Source: Chiloscyllium plagiosum
Taxonomy: Eukaryota
Direction: 5' to 3'
Assembly: GCF_004010195.1 (NCBI RefSeq)
Contig: NC_057750.1
Span: 18,638,542-18,702,541, forward strand
DNA: 64,000 bases
In this document: positions 11,051-23,095 of the stretch, piece after piece
Layout of the letters: each line of letters starts with the position of its first letter
How positions within the stretch are numbered: position 1 is the stretch's first letter
Notes under the pieces: generated by a model
What the model was told of the DNA's origin: nothing
Seen by the model: the letters and a program-made list of their open reading frames with translations, nothing else
Databases searched by the model: none
Program-made: the position numbers and the translations under genes

Positions 11051-13540
11051 CACAATGTTAAACACCCATTTAAAAACATCTAATCCAAACAGGCAATTCG
11101 GCTGGGATGTGTTTCAGTTCCTGAAGCAGAACCACCATTTGCAACATCCCTTGATACCCTCGTGCTTTAGAAATCTATTAGTTTTAGTCATGAAGGTTCA
11201 ATGTTCTTTTTGTAGGGGAAAGGATCCCGAATTCTATTTTGATTACTGTGAAATAATGCTTCTGGACTTCACTTCTAAATGCTATAATTCCAATTTTAAA
11301 ATACTGTCTTCTCAGTGCAGATGTGTCCACTAAAGAGTAAATCGTACATAGTCAACGTTCCCTTTATAAAATCCTAATTTGGAATAATACTTTACATGCA
11401 TATTTTCTAAAGTACACGGAGCTTTATATTTTCTAATTTGAATGCTGAAGAGTAACTGGCTACTGCAATATAAACACTACAATATTTCAATTCACAATAT
11501 CACAAAACATTACAATGCACTACCAAATTGTTTAAACTGGCAGTGGTCTCAGTATTTTTAAAATGATATTTTTAAAGAGAATCTTAATCAACGTCTCTGG
11601 GCCAAAAATGTAACCATTGCTCGTGCTGTATTTAATTACTAATGACGGTAAATTGTTACGGGAAATATCAATAAAACGATTTTTTAAACTGATTACATTT
11701 TCCATCATGTTTTCACTTCATGTCTCTTTCCATTCAGTTCATGATTTCTTAACCTTTTGTTGTGCTCCCTTATGTAGCTAATTTAACAATTTGCCCTGTT
11801 ACTCAGTCATCACAATGCTTATTGGCATTCAAGGGAAAGCAGTTGATTGATTAGAATTATAGAGCATAGAACAGTACAACAAAAGTACGGGCCCTTCAGC
11901 CCACCATATCTGTGCTGACCATGATACCATTCTAAACTAATTCCATCTGCCTCCAAGTGGTTTGCATCCTTCTATTCTCTGCCTGTTCATATGTCTGTCT
12001 AAATGTCTCTTAAATTTTGCTCGCATCTGCTTCTGCCACTTCCTCTTGCTGTATTTCCCAGGCACCTACCTCCCTGTGTAAAATACTTACCTTGCTTACC
12101 TTCCTTAAATTATATGTGTATTTCAAATGTTACATGACGCTAAGTAGGATCTTGATAACTAGATTTTACACAATTAGTAGGAAGCTGATAATGAAGTGGA
12201 CTGATATATTGGATAGAGATGAAATAGTTCTGCAGGTTGGGCTCGTTAGTACTCAAAGGGCATAATCGAATCTTTGGGGTCAGAACCCTCAGGAGTGCAT
12301 TTGGGAAACATTTCCATAGGCAAACGATGGTGCAGGAATAAAATTCAATTGCAAGTTACAGTTGTTGAAATATCTTTTGGAAGCTTTAATTCTGAGCCTA
12401 ATTGTTTTTGTCAACACATATTCAGGTTTTGGGCAAGGATATTTGGACTTAAGTCACAAATTAGCTATGATCATATTGAATGCTGGAACAGACTGAATGG
12501 AGTAAATGGCCTATTGAAGATCATATGTATCTATGATTCTATTTCGGACAAATTCCATTCAAGTCTATTCAGTGAATTTTCACAAATCTTTCATTCATAG
12601 TTCACAAATTTATACTTTCAGTTTGTAATTAAGCTCCTAAACTCTACTGTAGACATTTCTCCAATATTTCTAAATATATAACCATTTATGACTGGTTTTC
12701 TTGCTGGAGCCAATCTTGTTCATTCAATGTTAGACCAATTTTCCTTTTGAATATTTCTTCCATGTCCCTGTTATGCAATAGTTTCCAGATCACAACAACA
12801 TGCTGCCTGAAAAAATATGCTTCACAATTTTACTAAATTACTTTAGGTTACATATACCTCTGCTGACAAAACTGTTCCTGGTTATTTTATGCATCCAGAG
12901 TCTACACTATTTTTGAGACTTTAGTCGAAACTTCATCTAAATTCTAAGGAGCATAATACCAATTTCTCTGGTTTGAACACTCAAATATACTTTCTCATCC
13001 TTGGAACCATTTAAATGAATCCTTTGTGCAACCTCTTGACATTCTTCTGAGCCATATCTGCAAGCAGATACGTTATTTCGGTTGGAACCTATTTCATGAT
13101 TTATGAAAGTTAGGTACAACTTCATTTCTTAACTTTTGTAAACCCTTTACTAATTAATGTGCTTTTCACTTGCAACAATGTTTCATTCCAAACCTCTTGA
13201 CTTTTTTGTGATTTATTTATCCTTCTGTCTCACAACTATCAATACATTAAAGTAATGGAGGAGCATTTGAAACAAGGGTGTCACAATCAGTCTGTGATAT
13301 TCAGGATAGTTAGTTTATATCAGTTAAAATACTGAAAATTGAATTTGGTTCAGCAAATTTTGAATATGGCATTTGGAAGCATATAATTTTGGAATCTGCG
13401 CAAGGATATGGTTTTGATTGTGTTCACATATTATGCACTCGGCTGTGCAGTTAGCTTTAAAACTGTTTTTGATTTTAATAGGACAATATTCTCTCATATT
13501 GCTTTGCTCTGCAGAGCCAACTTGACTCTATATCACTTAA

Positions 13541-13591
13541 CCAGCACAAGAGTTTAGAACCAGCAGCAAATGTACAGTCATAAATTCCTGA
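13541..13591 (-). pseudogene. TRBJ: TRBJ pseudogene SGIYDCTFAAGSKL-(frameshift)-VL
   Basis: FGXG changed to FAAG; 1-nt deletion; donor G|ttaagt; degenerate RSS catggca (13592-98), 12-nt spacer, ttgaaaact (13611-19). Confidence 0.7.
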
Positions 13592-14938
13592 CATGGCATG
13601 ACACGCTTGTTTGAAAACTCCTGGCTCTGTAGTCTTTACAGGTCAGTCCTTTAAGTTATTTACTGTGTTATTCCAACCTAAAACTCTTTATCTTTCTCTG
13701 CTGTACTTTTAATCTGGTCTTGGAATCTTTTCTACTGCTTTATGTCTTTCATTTCCCATCCCCATGCAGTTTTGATTACATAAAATTTGAAATTATAAAC
13801 TAATTTAATGGCAACTATGTAACCATTGTCTATTACAGTCAGTAGCCATCTGACTCACTGGTATCTTTCAGCTAAGAAAATCTTCCATCCTTACCTGGTT
13901 TGGCCTAGATGTACTTACAGACCGAGAGAAATTTACTGGACAATAACCTTCCTCTGAAATGGCCAGACTCTGCCTTTCAGTTCAAAACCATTTAGGGATG
14001 GTCAATAAATTGAGGTCCAGGCAGTGGCATAGAGGTCCAATTAAAATAAATCGTACTGCAACTGGAAGTTGAGGATATGGGAACGGATTTTATTAAAGCT
14101 TAGGATGTTTTATTTGGGACTTGACAGGACGATGCTGAGGTAATGTTTCTTCATATGGGTAATCTCGAACTCTTGAGGCACAATTCTGAGTTAGTGGCTG
14201 CCCATTTGAAATTGAGATGAAGATTAATTTCTTCTCTCATAGGTCGGCATATCTTTGGAGTTCTCTTCCTGGAGAGCTCGGGAGGCTGAATCATTATATT
14301 CAATATTTACCAGGCGGAGTTTTGAATATGGATTAGAATCGATTTCAATCAGTGGCAAGTTAATTTAATCTTGATCAGCTGTGGAACAAACTGGAGGAAC
14401 CGAGTTCTTAATCCGGTCATATACCTTATTTCAAAATACCTTGTTGTCAATTCATGTCTCATTCACGCCCACGCACATTTCCTCTAATGTTAAATTAGTT
14501 AGCGATTTTTTTTTTTAATTTCAAGAAAATGTATGCCCTTCTAAATTCCATTGTTTCTGCCCTTCCTTTGAATTTATTACAATGAATAGGTTGAGAGTTT
14601 CAATACTTAAAGATTGACCCGGGAAAATCAGCTCTCCGAGAACGGCAGGCGCTTTTTTTAAAACAGGAGCCAGCACGACTCAGGCCAGGAGTTAGGTTGA
14701 GAAGGAGCGGTCCGGGAAGGGGTCTTGTGGCACAATGATAGTGTCCCTATCCCTGATGCTAGGTGACCTAGGTTCAAATCCCATCTGCTCCACAGGTGTG
14801 TAATAACATCTTTGAACGGGTTTATTAAAAGCAAAGTTCTTTATGGCAGCCCTCAACCAATGCGGGAATGTAACCATTCTTCTAGCCAACTGAGCTAACC
14901 GATTGATGAGGGATGACTTTGAACAATAACTGACTTAC

Positions 14939-14994
14939 CGAGAACAGTCAACTTCGTGCCATCTCCAAAATGCAAGGGTTGATTTCCACCTGTA
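14939..14994 (-). CDS. TRBJ: TRBJ segment TGGNQPLHFGDGTKLTVL
   Basis: Donor G|gtaagt; RSS cacgcca (14995-15001), 12-nt spacer, acaaaaaca (15014-22). Confidence 0.93.
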
Positions 14995-15320
14995 CACGCC
15001 AATGTATCATATCACAAAAACACTGCATAACAGTCTCCGGGCAAAATTCCACCATATCCCCAATCTTTGACGTGGTTTGTGGATAACAAAAGGTAACAGC
15101 AGACGGGTAAGCCCGTCAATTCACCAGGATGTTTCCAAGTGATGTGAATTACTTTCTCAATAGACCTGTCCCCCTACTTGTGGACCTGCATGTCCCTTGT
15201 CTAAGAGTACAGTCCTGACAGTACTGAAAGATTTCCCTTGGCTTCCGCGTAAGCGGTCATTCAACTCTGTTTAAAACATGCCATTCTAACTTCGTTGCAA
15301 AAAAGACAAATTGAACTCAC

Positions 15321-15377
15321 CCAAAACCGTTAAAACCGTCCCGTCCCCAAAATGCAGAGGATCGCTATAACCGCCCG
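15321..15377 (-). CDS. TRBJ: TRBJ segment GGYSDPLHFGDGTVLTVL
   Basis: Donor G|gtgagt; RSS cactttg (15378-84), 12-nt spacer, acaaaaata (15397-405). Confidence 0.93.
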
Positions 15378-15577
15378 CACTTTGCTAAACAACAGTACAA
15401 AAATACCGTGGCGTCTAACAGAGGTACAAAGACAGATAATGATAGATACACAGACAGGCAAGCAGACAATCTGAATTACAGAAAAACAGACAGATAGATA
15501 CGCACGTAGGTAAATTCATAGATATATTGATGTAACCTACTTCTTTCAGTGATATGCATCTGTCAACATGAACTTAC

Positions 15578-15627
15578 CCAAAACAGTCACTTTAGTCCCA
15601 GCCCCGAAATAGTAGATATCAGCAGAG
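15578..15627 (-). CDS. TRBJ: TRBJ segment SADIYYFGAGTKVTVL
   Basis: Donor G|gtaagt; RSS cacaggg (15628-34), 12-nt spacer, tttaaaaca (15647-55). Confidence 0.92.
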
Positions 15628-17266
15628 CACAGGGGTTGATGCCTGTTTTAAAACATCTCAGGCGCCTACTATTAGTTTTCCTGAGGATCTTGCACATGAA
15701 ACAATAAGGGGAAGAACATACGACCAAACGAGAATGGATGCATGAGGACAATGGCATTATAGGAAGAGAGAGCGGCTACATTCTTTCAATCGAGTTTGCT
15801 CCAATAAGTAATTAGGCTTATCTCTATTTTGTCCCTGTCTAACCTTAAAGCCGACATATTCAATCGGTTACAGATTTGAATATTTCACACTCATTCCCAA
15901 ATCCCTCCTATTTAACAATTTTCTCGGGGTTGCGCATTTGGAGTTTCAAGGACACTGTGTTAATGAAAAAAAAACCACATTATTCTTAAAGAATCCCATG
16001 CCAATTCTAAGGTTTAGCACATGTTCATTATTCGTTATAATAAAGTAAATAGTTTATGGTTATCTATGTAAGCGAATCTTGCAAGAATTTAAAGACATTA
16101 GTTGGATCATCCCTTGATGTCTGCTAGTTAATGTGCTGCAAACCAAGTTTCTGAATCTTTCGGCGAAATATAACTCTTTTAGCTCCGGTAGTTTTATGTC
16201 ACAGTAGAAAAGTTCAGTTAGACAATGGTCGCTTCAAGGTATACAAATACAGCAACTTAACAACAATATGGAATTCAATTGGCAGCTTTAAAATAGATCG
16301 TCTATAAATGGTAATAATCCTTGATCACTGTTTATTAACATTTCCTCGTTCCTTCATATGTTTTTTTTTCTTTGACTTAATCTAAGCTATTCACGCCAAC
16401 TCATTCCGCAAGGTAACAAGTTATCAGCACGCTCTGGGGAAGGAATTTCCACTGGAATTTTCAGTTGGAATTTTAATGGCCATCCTGCCCCTCTTTTCCC
16501 ACAACTCTAACTTCTCTTCTGGACAACACCACACACCCACCCCTCCCCCTCCACATCACCACACACCACTTAATGAAAACTTCTGGGCTATTACAACTCC
16601 TTTCGAAGATCTGAACATTTATCAGGTCACTCTTCAACCTTATCGTTACTATAACAGAAACAAAAAGCCAGAGAGTTTCAATTCTCCTGATAATTACAGC
16701 CTTTCAATTCTGATGGCGTCCTTTTTCTAAAAAAAAACTATCTATCTTTGTAAAACGCACAATAATTTTTCACAATATATAGGTTGAAACTGCATTAATA
16801 GATTTCAATTTAACATATTTTTCGTCTGTGAATGCGTCCTCTTGTTTAATTTTCATCGGCCAAATAGAATGTCTTTTTTTATTAATCATGGGACGAGAAC
16901 ATTTATTGTCAGTTTCCCAGATGGCATTTAAGAGTCAACCACTTTGCCCTGGGTCTGGAATCACATTTAGGCCAGACCAGGTAAGGGTGGCAGATTTCTT
17001 TCCCTAAAGGACATTAGTGAATCAGCTGGGTTTTTCCGACATTAGGTTTGCATGGACACTGTTAATTGTTTTGTTTATTTGGAAGATCCTCTCCTATCTT
17101 CCCTCTCAGACTTCTTTTCCATAGAGAAAAAATGCCGCAGTGATTACTCTGTCTTCACAAACGGAACAAAAAGTTAATTGCCGACTTCCTAAACTTTCAC
17201 TCCCTCAATTAGCATGATTCAAGAAGTGAACCAACTTTCTCCAGTATTAGAAATACATTTACTTAC

Positions 17267-17316
17267 CTAAAACAGTCAGTTTTGTCCCTCCTCCGAAGTA
17301 AGCTTCATAACTAGTA
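17267..17316 (-). CDS. TRBJ: TRBJ segment TSYEAYFGGGTKLTVL
   Basis: Donor G|gtaagt; RSS cacagcg (17317-23); best nonamer gcaaaatcc (17337-45) implies a 13-nt spacer. Confidence 0.93.
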
Positions 17317-17856
17317 CACAGCGGTACGAGCCAAAAGCAAAATCCCCCTCAAGTCTGACTCGCTATGTCTACCTTTTGGAACATTTATGGCCCCTACAAT
17401 CAACAAGGAGCGTTGGCCATGTGGTGGTCACTCATCCATTTAGGCTATTTCATCATTCATTTATATTATTGTTGATTTGTATCTTAAGATTGGTTCAGTA
17501 ATCCTCAATAATACAATATTGAAATTCCATAGGCCCAACAACATTTTGGGCACAGATTTTGATTTCCATTACTTTTTATATGAAAAAAAAATGTTCTGAC
17601 ATTTCACATCAAATCTGGCTCTAAGTTGAATTGTCCTGGACCCATCTGGACCAGACTAAATAGTTTATCTTTATCCATTCTACAAAAACTTGCAATCACC
17701 TGAAACGGATCGTTTATCTGAACCACGAATGTTTTTTGTTTGAGGGAATCCAAGTTGAGTCTAAGCAACTAGTCGTCAACGTATATTTAAGAGTCTTAAC
17801 ACATACGCAATTGTATAAACGTTTGTTTTGGTCAATAGGAGGAACAGAAAACTTAC

Positions 17857-17904
17857 CCAAAACGGTTAACTTTGTCCCGTCGCCAAAATAAGCGATGCTA
17901 CCTG
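17857..17904 (-). CDS. TRBJ: TRBJ segment GSIAYFGDGTKLTVL
   Basis: Donor G|gtaagt; RSS cacgatg (17905-11), 12-nt spacer, tcataaaca (17924-32). Confidence 0.92.
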
Positions 17905-18077
17905 CACGATGACCAATTATAAATCATAAACACTCCGCGCAACTGCCTCCAACTGAGAGAGTTTGTGTCGTTCAACATTCAGTTCAACATTCAAGAGCCA
18001 CATGGTGTAGCGGACAGAAATTTTAAAACTAGTCATCACCACTTAAGACAGATACACCAGAAATAATACGGACTCAC

Positions 18078-18125
18078 CCAAAACTGTTAGCTTCGTTCCT
18101 TGCCCGAAATAATTCGCATCTGTCA
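18078..18125 (-). CDS. TRBJ: TRBJ segment TDANYFGQGTKLTVL (D-proximal)
   Basis: Donor G|gtgagt; consensus heptamer cacagtg (18126-32), 12-nt spacer, weak nonamer gttaaaaaa. Confidence 0.93.
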
Positions 18126-18925
18126 CACAGTGACACTACAGCATGTTAAAAAAAGCTTCAAAAAGGCCACTTCTTTCCGTTGTAATCCGTATCCAATCCG
18201 TCTAATGCCGCAAATTTCAACGTAGACTGCACGACTCCATGTTGACTTTATGGTTCTTTTGCGGTTGGGTCTAAACATGGCTTTCAACTTGTCCGGAATG
18301 ATTGAATTCTGGGAATGATCTAGGGATCAGATCTTTTAAAAAAGATCTGTTAACTCTTATGGTTACAAGTAACCATTAACCAAAGGGATGTTAAACTGTA
18401 TTCAGAGTACTGCCGATTCATCCCTATTGTATTGAAGCAGTTGGAATAGCCATTTCCCTAACATGCCTTATTGAGTTGGAAGACGAAAAAGCGATCCTTT
18501 CTTTGTAATTAAAATTGCCCAATTCCGTCACAGAAATAGATTAATCCATCAAAACTGACATCCAAAGCAGTTTAAATGCGACAGAATATTTCCCTAACGT
18601 GAGCGTTCTAGGAAATCGCCGGAATTGAATTTCGCCAAGAAATCCCTCAAACAGAATTGTGATAAATCACCACATTTCTTCTATAAATGTGGAATGAAGG
18701 TCAATATCGGTCATGGCACTGGAGAGGTGTTGAGGGCGAAGAGTGGCGGGTATTTCTGTACTTGCCACTAAATGATCCATTTGACCTAAAAATACCGTTA
18801 GCGGACAATCTGAGTGCCTTCTGAGGTGAAAAGGGTCCAGTTCCGTTCATTATCGCCACAGGATGTCGGTGCTTTCTCGCCCCTATCACTACTGTTTTGC
18901 TGGTCCCGAGAGACTTGTAAAGGGA

Positions 18926-18964
18926 GGTTTTTGTACAGAGATTGGATTACAATATATCACCGTG
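18926..18964 (-). promoter_or_regulatory. 3' D-beta 23-RSS
   Basis: CACGGTG, 23-nt spacer, ACAAAAACC (consensus nonamer). Confidence 0.96.
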
Positions 18965-18977
18965 CCCCCCCTGTCCC
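18965..18977 (-). CDS. TRBD: TRBD segment GGGACAGGGGGGG (13 nt)
   Basis: Matches the vertebrate-conserved D-beta core GGGACAGGGGG; flanked by a 12-RSS (5') and a 23-RSS (3'); open in all three frames. Confidence 0.96.
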
Positions 18978-19005
18978 CACGGTAATATAATCTCATACAA
19001 AAAGG
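18978..19005 (+). promoter_or_regulatory. 5' D-beta 12-RSS
   Basis: cacggta, 12-nt spacer, acaaaaagg. Confidence 0.93.
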
Positions 19006-19150
19006 CCCCGCCTCTTCAACTCGTGGTCTGATATGAGATTGAGATCTTGAAAACCGGGAAAAATCTTTCGGATGTGAGAGGAAGAGATATTGCATAGAAG
19101 CAGCTTGTGGTCATTTGTTGCCTGGACATCTATAGATGGAAACAGGAGGA
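18985..19150 (-). promoter_or_regulatory. Putative D-beta germline promoter
   Basis: GC box GAGGCGGGGCC abutting the nonamer; TTATAT in the RSS spacer; RUNX site tgtggt at 19106-11. Position analogous to mammalian PDbeta1. Confidence 0.45.
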
Positions 19151-21867
19151 CACTACTGATCGTGCTGTACCCAGTGACATGGAAACAGAAGGAGAACCAT
19201 TCAAATTATTCATTCCAGCTTCAAAGAAACCAGAGTTTGTTCACCCTGCTCCACGTCCCCCCACCACCCCCCGAATTTTCACGCAGCAACAGGAGACCCA
19301 TTCACCCCATCCTTCACTGGAGCTGTGATCTGGAATAGCAAGAATTCAACCCATCTCGAGTCTTTTCCAGAGTAACAGAAGCTTGCCACTCCTTCCCATT
19401 CAGGCTGGTGCATAGGAAGCCATGGATATCCATTCATTCCCTTGGCCCTCTTGGACATGGCTTTTGCCTATTACAAATATAACAGGAGAATGGCATTCAG
19501 CTATTATTTCTTTCTTCTATTTTTATTCACTTTATTCCTCTAGTCTTCAGGCCTTCTCGTATGTTTCTGTCGTCGTCTTTTCCTCTGTTCTCATTTCATC
19601 TACAACTTGCTAAGAATCAGGAGGTGCCCGTCATTTTCACTCTAATGGAATGCATGTAGTTTATCCATTACATCATGTCCACTGCTACCTCTACTAAGCA
19701 CTCCATGTCTCCAAAATGAAGAACCTTCTCATTGCCCACGCGCTCTGTTGATGCTCGTGGCATTGTTATTTTTATGATCTCGTTTCAAAATGCTTAAGTC
19801 ATCCGAGATCACAAAATCTACCATTTCCTTATTCCTGTTTAAAAACACCATCAAATGTAGCACGAGGCTCCAGGTTGCGGAAGTTCCAAGAAAAGAAAAC
19901 GTTTAAATGAACAAGTGTTATAAGGGCTCGAAATTATTTGCAGGGGAAGGTGATTGTGAAATCACTGAAGTAAGTGCATTTTTCATTTCCTTTTTTCAAA
20001 TATGGCATAAAGTATGAATCTGCTGTTCCTTCCCAGTGTTCCCCGGACACAACAGAGCTGTTGTCAGCAGTTCTGTTAAACCAGTGGAAAATTTGCATCT
20101 GCATTTAGAATTCGTGGACACGTATTGTATCAATTTTACGAAAGGGATACAGAGGCTTTGAGCATGTGCTGAAAGTATTTACAAGGAGATGTGATGCCTA
20201 AGGGAAAGTAGGGACAGACTGGTATTCTATTCTGCAAACGTATACATTTTCTGTTCGCTAGGTGGTATGATAAGCTAATAGATCTCTTTATATTGTTGAA
20301 ATGTTCTGATAGGACACATGGGTGGAAAATGTTTCCGTTTGTGGGGATCCAGAATCTGAGGCCTCCAATAATTTCAATAAAACTAAGAACTGCAGATTTT
20401 GGAAAACATGAATAAAAATTGCTAGAGGAAGTCAGCATGGGAAGCAGAATAAACGTTCCAAATCCGGTGACAATTTCAGTTTGGACAACTGATTACTTTT
20501 ACCCAAAGAGAGCTCAACTGGCTACCACTAGGAGTGAGTAGCATAAATACATTTAAGGAAAAAAAGTGAATAAAGATATGAGCCAGAAAGAAACGTTGGT
20601 AGCTAAGGGAGGAGATGGGACAAGATGTTGGGGGGAGACTTGTATTAAGATTAAACATTGACATAATCAAATTCTTTGCTATTGGCTCAGGACACTCGGG
20701 GTACCCCACTACCTTTTTTTATATTATTGTGCATTGGGTGTGTTGTGACTCTCTTAAGAAAGCAGACAACCATATTTTATTTACCAGAAAGAAAACAGTG
20801 ACTACGTTGCAGCGTTCCCATTGTACAGATCCTTGACAGTACAGTGCTGCTTTATTTCTGTCCCGCAGTATGGTGTCCACCCTGTGCTAACCCTCAATTA
20901 TACAGCTCTCCCTCAATACTGCCGCTTTGCAAGAACGAGTCTTGCTAGTACTGGCCATTCGACACTTTAGCTCTTCCTCGAAGCCAACTTTTCGACATTG
21001 CAGCGCACCTCTCTCTTTATCTGTGCTTCCTCCAAAAAAGTCAGCAAAGTCCATCCCACAATGCAAATCATCATCCGCGCTGCAATAGGCGTATCAGCAG
21101 ATATTTAAGGTGAAGTTTCAAGAGTGGAACGTAAACCTGGGAAAATTTGATTCAGAGGCAACTGAGTAACTAACTGAGACACAAATAGTAATTCAATTAC
21201 ACATCTTCCAGCTGACCGAAAATCCCCAACTGGTTTATGGCTTTTTCTCTTGAGCGAAGATTTTTGCTAAAACATTAGATTTGAAATCCACAATTTCACA
21301 AAAAAAAAGCCATGCAGACGCAACTCATTTGTGATTCATGAATTCAAACCAATTGTTTCAGCAAAAATATTGGTTGCATGAGCGAAAGATGGACGGTAAG
21401 TGGCGTAATTGCTTTAAAAAAAGTTTTTTTTTGTCTTTCCCACCTATGTTTCCTGCGAGTGTAATCGCCCTCCTAAAATTCCACCTCTCCACTCTCTTTT
21501 GGGAAGCTATTCAAACGCAACTGATTTTTGGATCACATGCCCCTTATATTTCTTGATTCCCCTCGATGTCAAAAGATGATTGATTTAAGGTTCCTGTGAT
21601 GTTTTGATCACGTCGGTTCTGGTAATTATAACAAGGCAATTTGTTGCCAATTAATAACTGTCACGTTTGGGTAAATGAATGCATGTTCTAAGCTTGTGAA
21701 AATGTGCTTTGTAATAATAAGTTCAATGTGTTTCTGTATTTAACAGACAGTTGGATGATCGGAGAGGCGATTCTCCTCCTCAGATATCATGTCTATAACA
21801 AGGAAGAACAAAATACATTCCAAAAAAGGACCCAGAATGCTGTCAGAGCGACGTCCAAAGCGCATGC

Positions 21868-23095
21868 AGGTTATAGATAGAAGACAGAGGGTGGTGGTGG
21901 AGGGTTGATTTTCAGACTGGAGGCCTATGACCAGTAGAGTGCCACAAGGATCAGAGTTGCGTCCGTTCCTTTTCATCACATAAATAAATGGTTTGAATGT
22001 GAACATTGGAGATAGAGTTAGTAAGCTTGCAGATCACAGCAAAATTGGAGGTAGTGGATAGCGAAGAAGGTTATCTCAGAGTACAATGGGATCTTGATTT
22101 GATGGGATAATGTGCTGAGGAGTGTCAGGTAGAGTTTAATTTAGATAAATGTGAGGTGCTGCATTTCAGAGCACTACTTATACACTTAACAGGCAGGTCC
22201 CGGAGAGTGTTGCTGAACAAAGAGACCTTGGAGTGCAGGTTCATAGTTCCTTGAAAGTGGAGCTGCAGGTTGAAAGGATAGTGAAGAAGGCGTTTAGTAT
22301 GTTTTCATTTATTGGACTCTGCATTGAGCATAGGAGTTGAGCTGTACAGGACATTGGTTCGGCCACTTTTGGAATATTGTGTGCAATTCTGATCCCTGCC
22401 TATTGGAAGGATGTTGTGAAACCTGGAAGGGTTCAGAAAGAATTTACAAGGATGTTGTGAGGATTGGAGGATTTCAGCTATAGGGAGAGGTTGAATAGGT
22501 TGGGGCTGTTTTCCTACAGCATCAGACGCTGAGAGGTGACCTTATAGAAGATTATAAAATCATGAGGGGCATAGATAAAGTAAATAGACAAGGTTTCCCT
22601 CTCAGCTGGGGTGGGGCGGGGTGGGGGGTGGAATGGGGGCGGTGGAGGTGAGTCCAGAATTCAATATTTTTAGGGTAAGAGGGGAAAGGCAAATATTTAG
22701 GGTGAGAGGGGAAAATTTTAAAGGGACCTAAGGGGCAATTTTTTCACGCAGAGGGTGGCGTGTGTATGGAATGAACTGCCAGAGAAAGTGGTGGAGGCTA
22801 GTACAATTGCAACATTTGAAAAGTCTCTGGATGGGTATATGAATAGCAATGGTTTAGAGGGATATGGAGAAAGTGAGGACTGCAGATGTTGGAGATCAGA
22901 GTCAAGAGTGCGGTACTGGAAAAGCACAACAGGTCAGGTGGTATCTGAGGAGCAGGAGAATTGACATTTTGGGCAAAAGCCTTCTGGGCCAAGTGCTGGA
23001 AAATAGCACTTGATTTATTTAGGATATCTGGTCAGCATGGATGAGTTGGACCAAAGAGTCTGTTTCTGTGCTGTAATTCTCTATGACTCTATCTT
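21868..23095 (+). mobile_element. CR1/HER1 LINE 3' part, with a Penelope-derived short insert at about 22868-22985
   Basis: RT-region remnants, C-terminal WNELPEKVVEA and a ctatgactcta tail. Confidence 0.85.

Noticed and set aside
14860-14905. tRNA gene (GGTTAGCTCAGTTGGCTAGA on the minus strand)
   Set aside because: Only an A-box/D-arm-like head; no cloverleaf. It is a SINE remnant.
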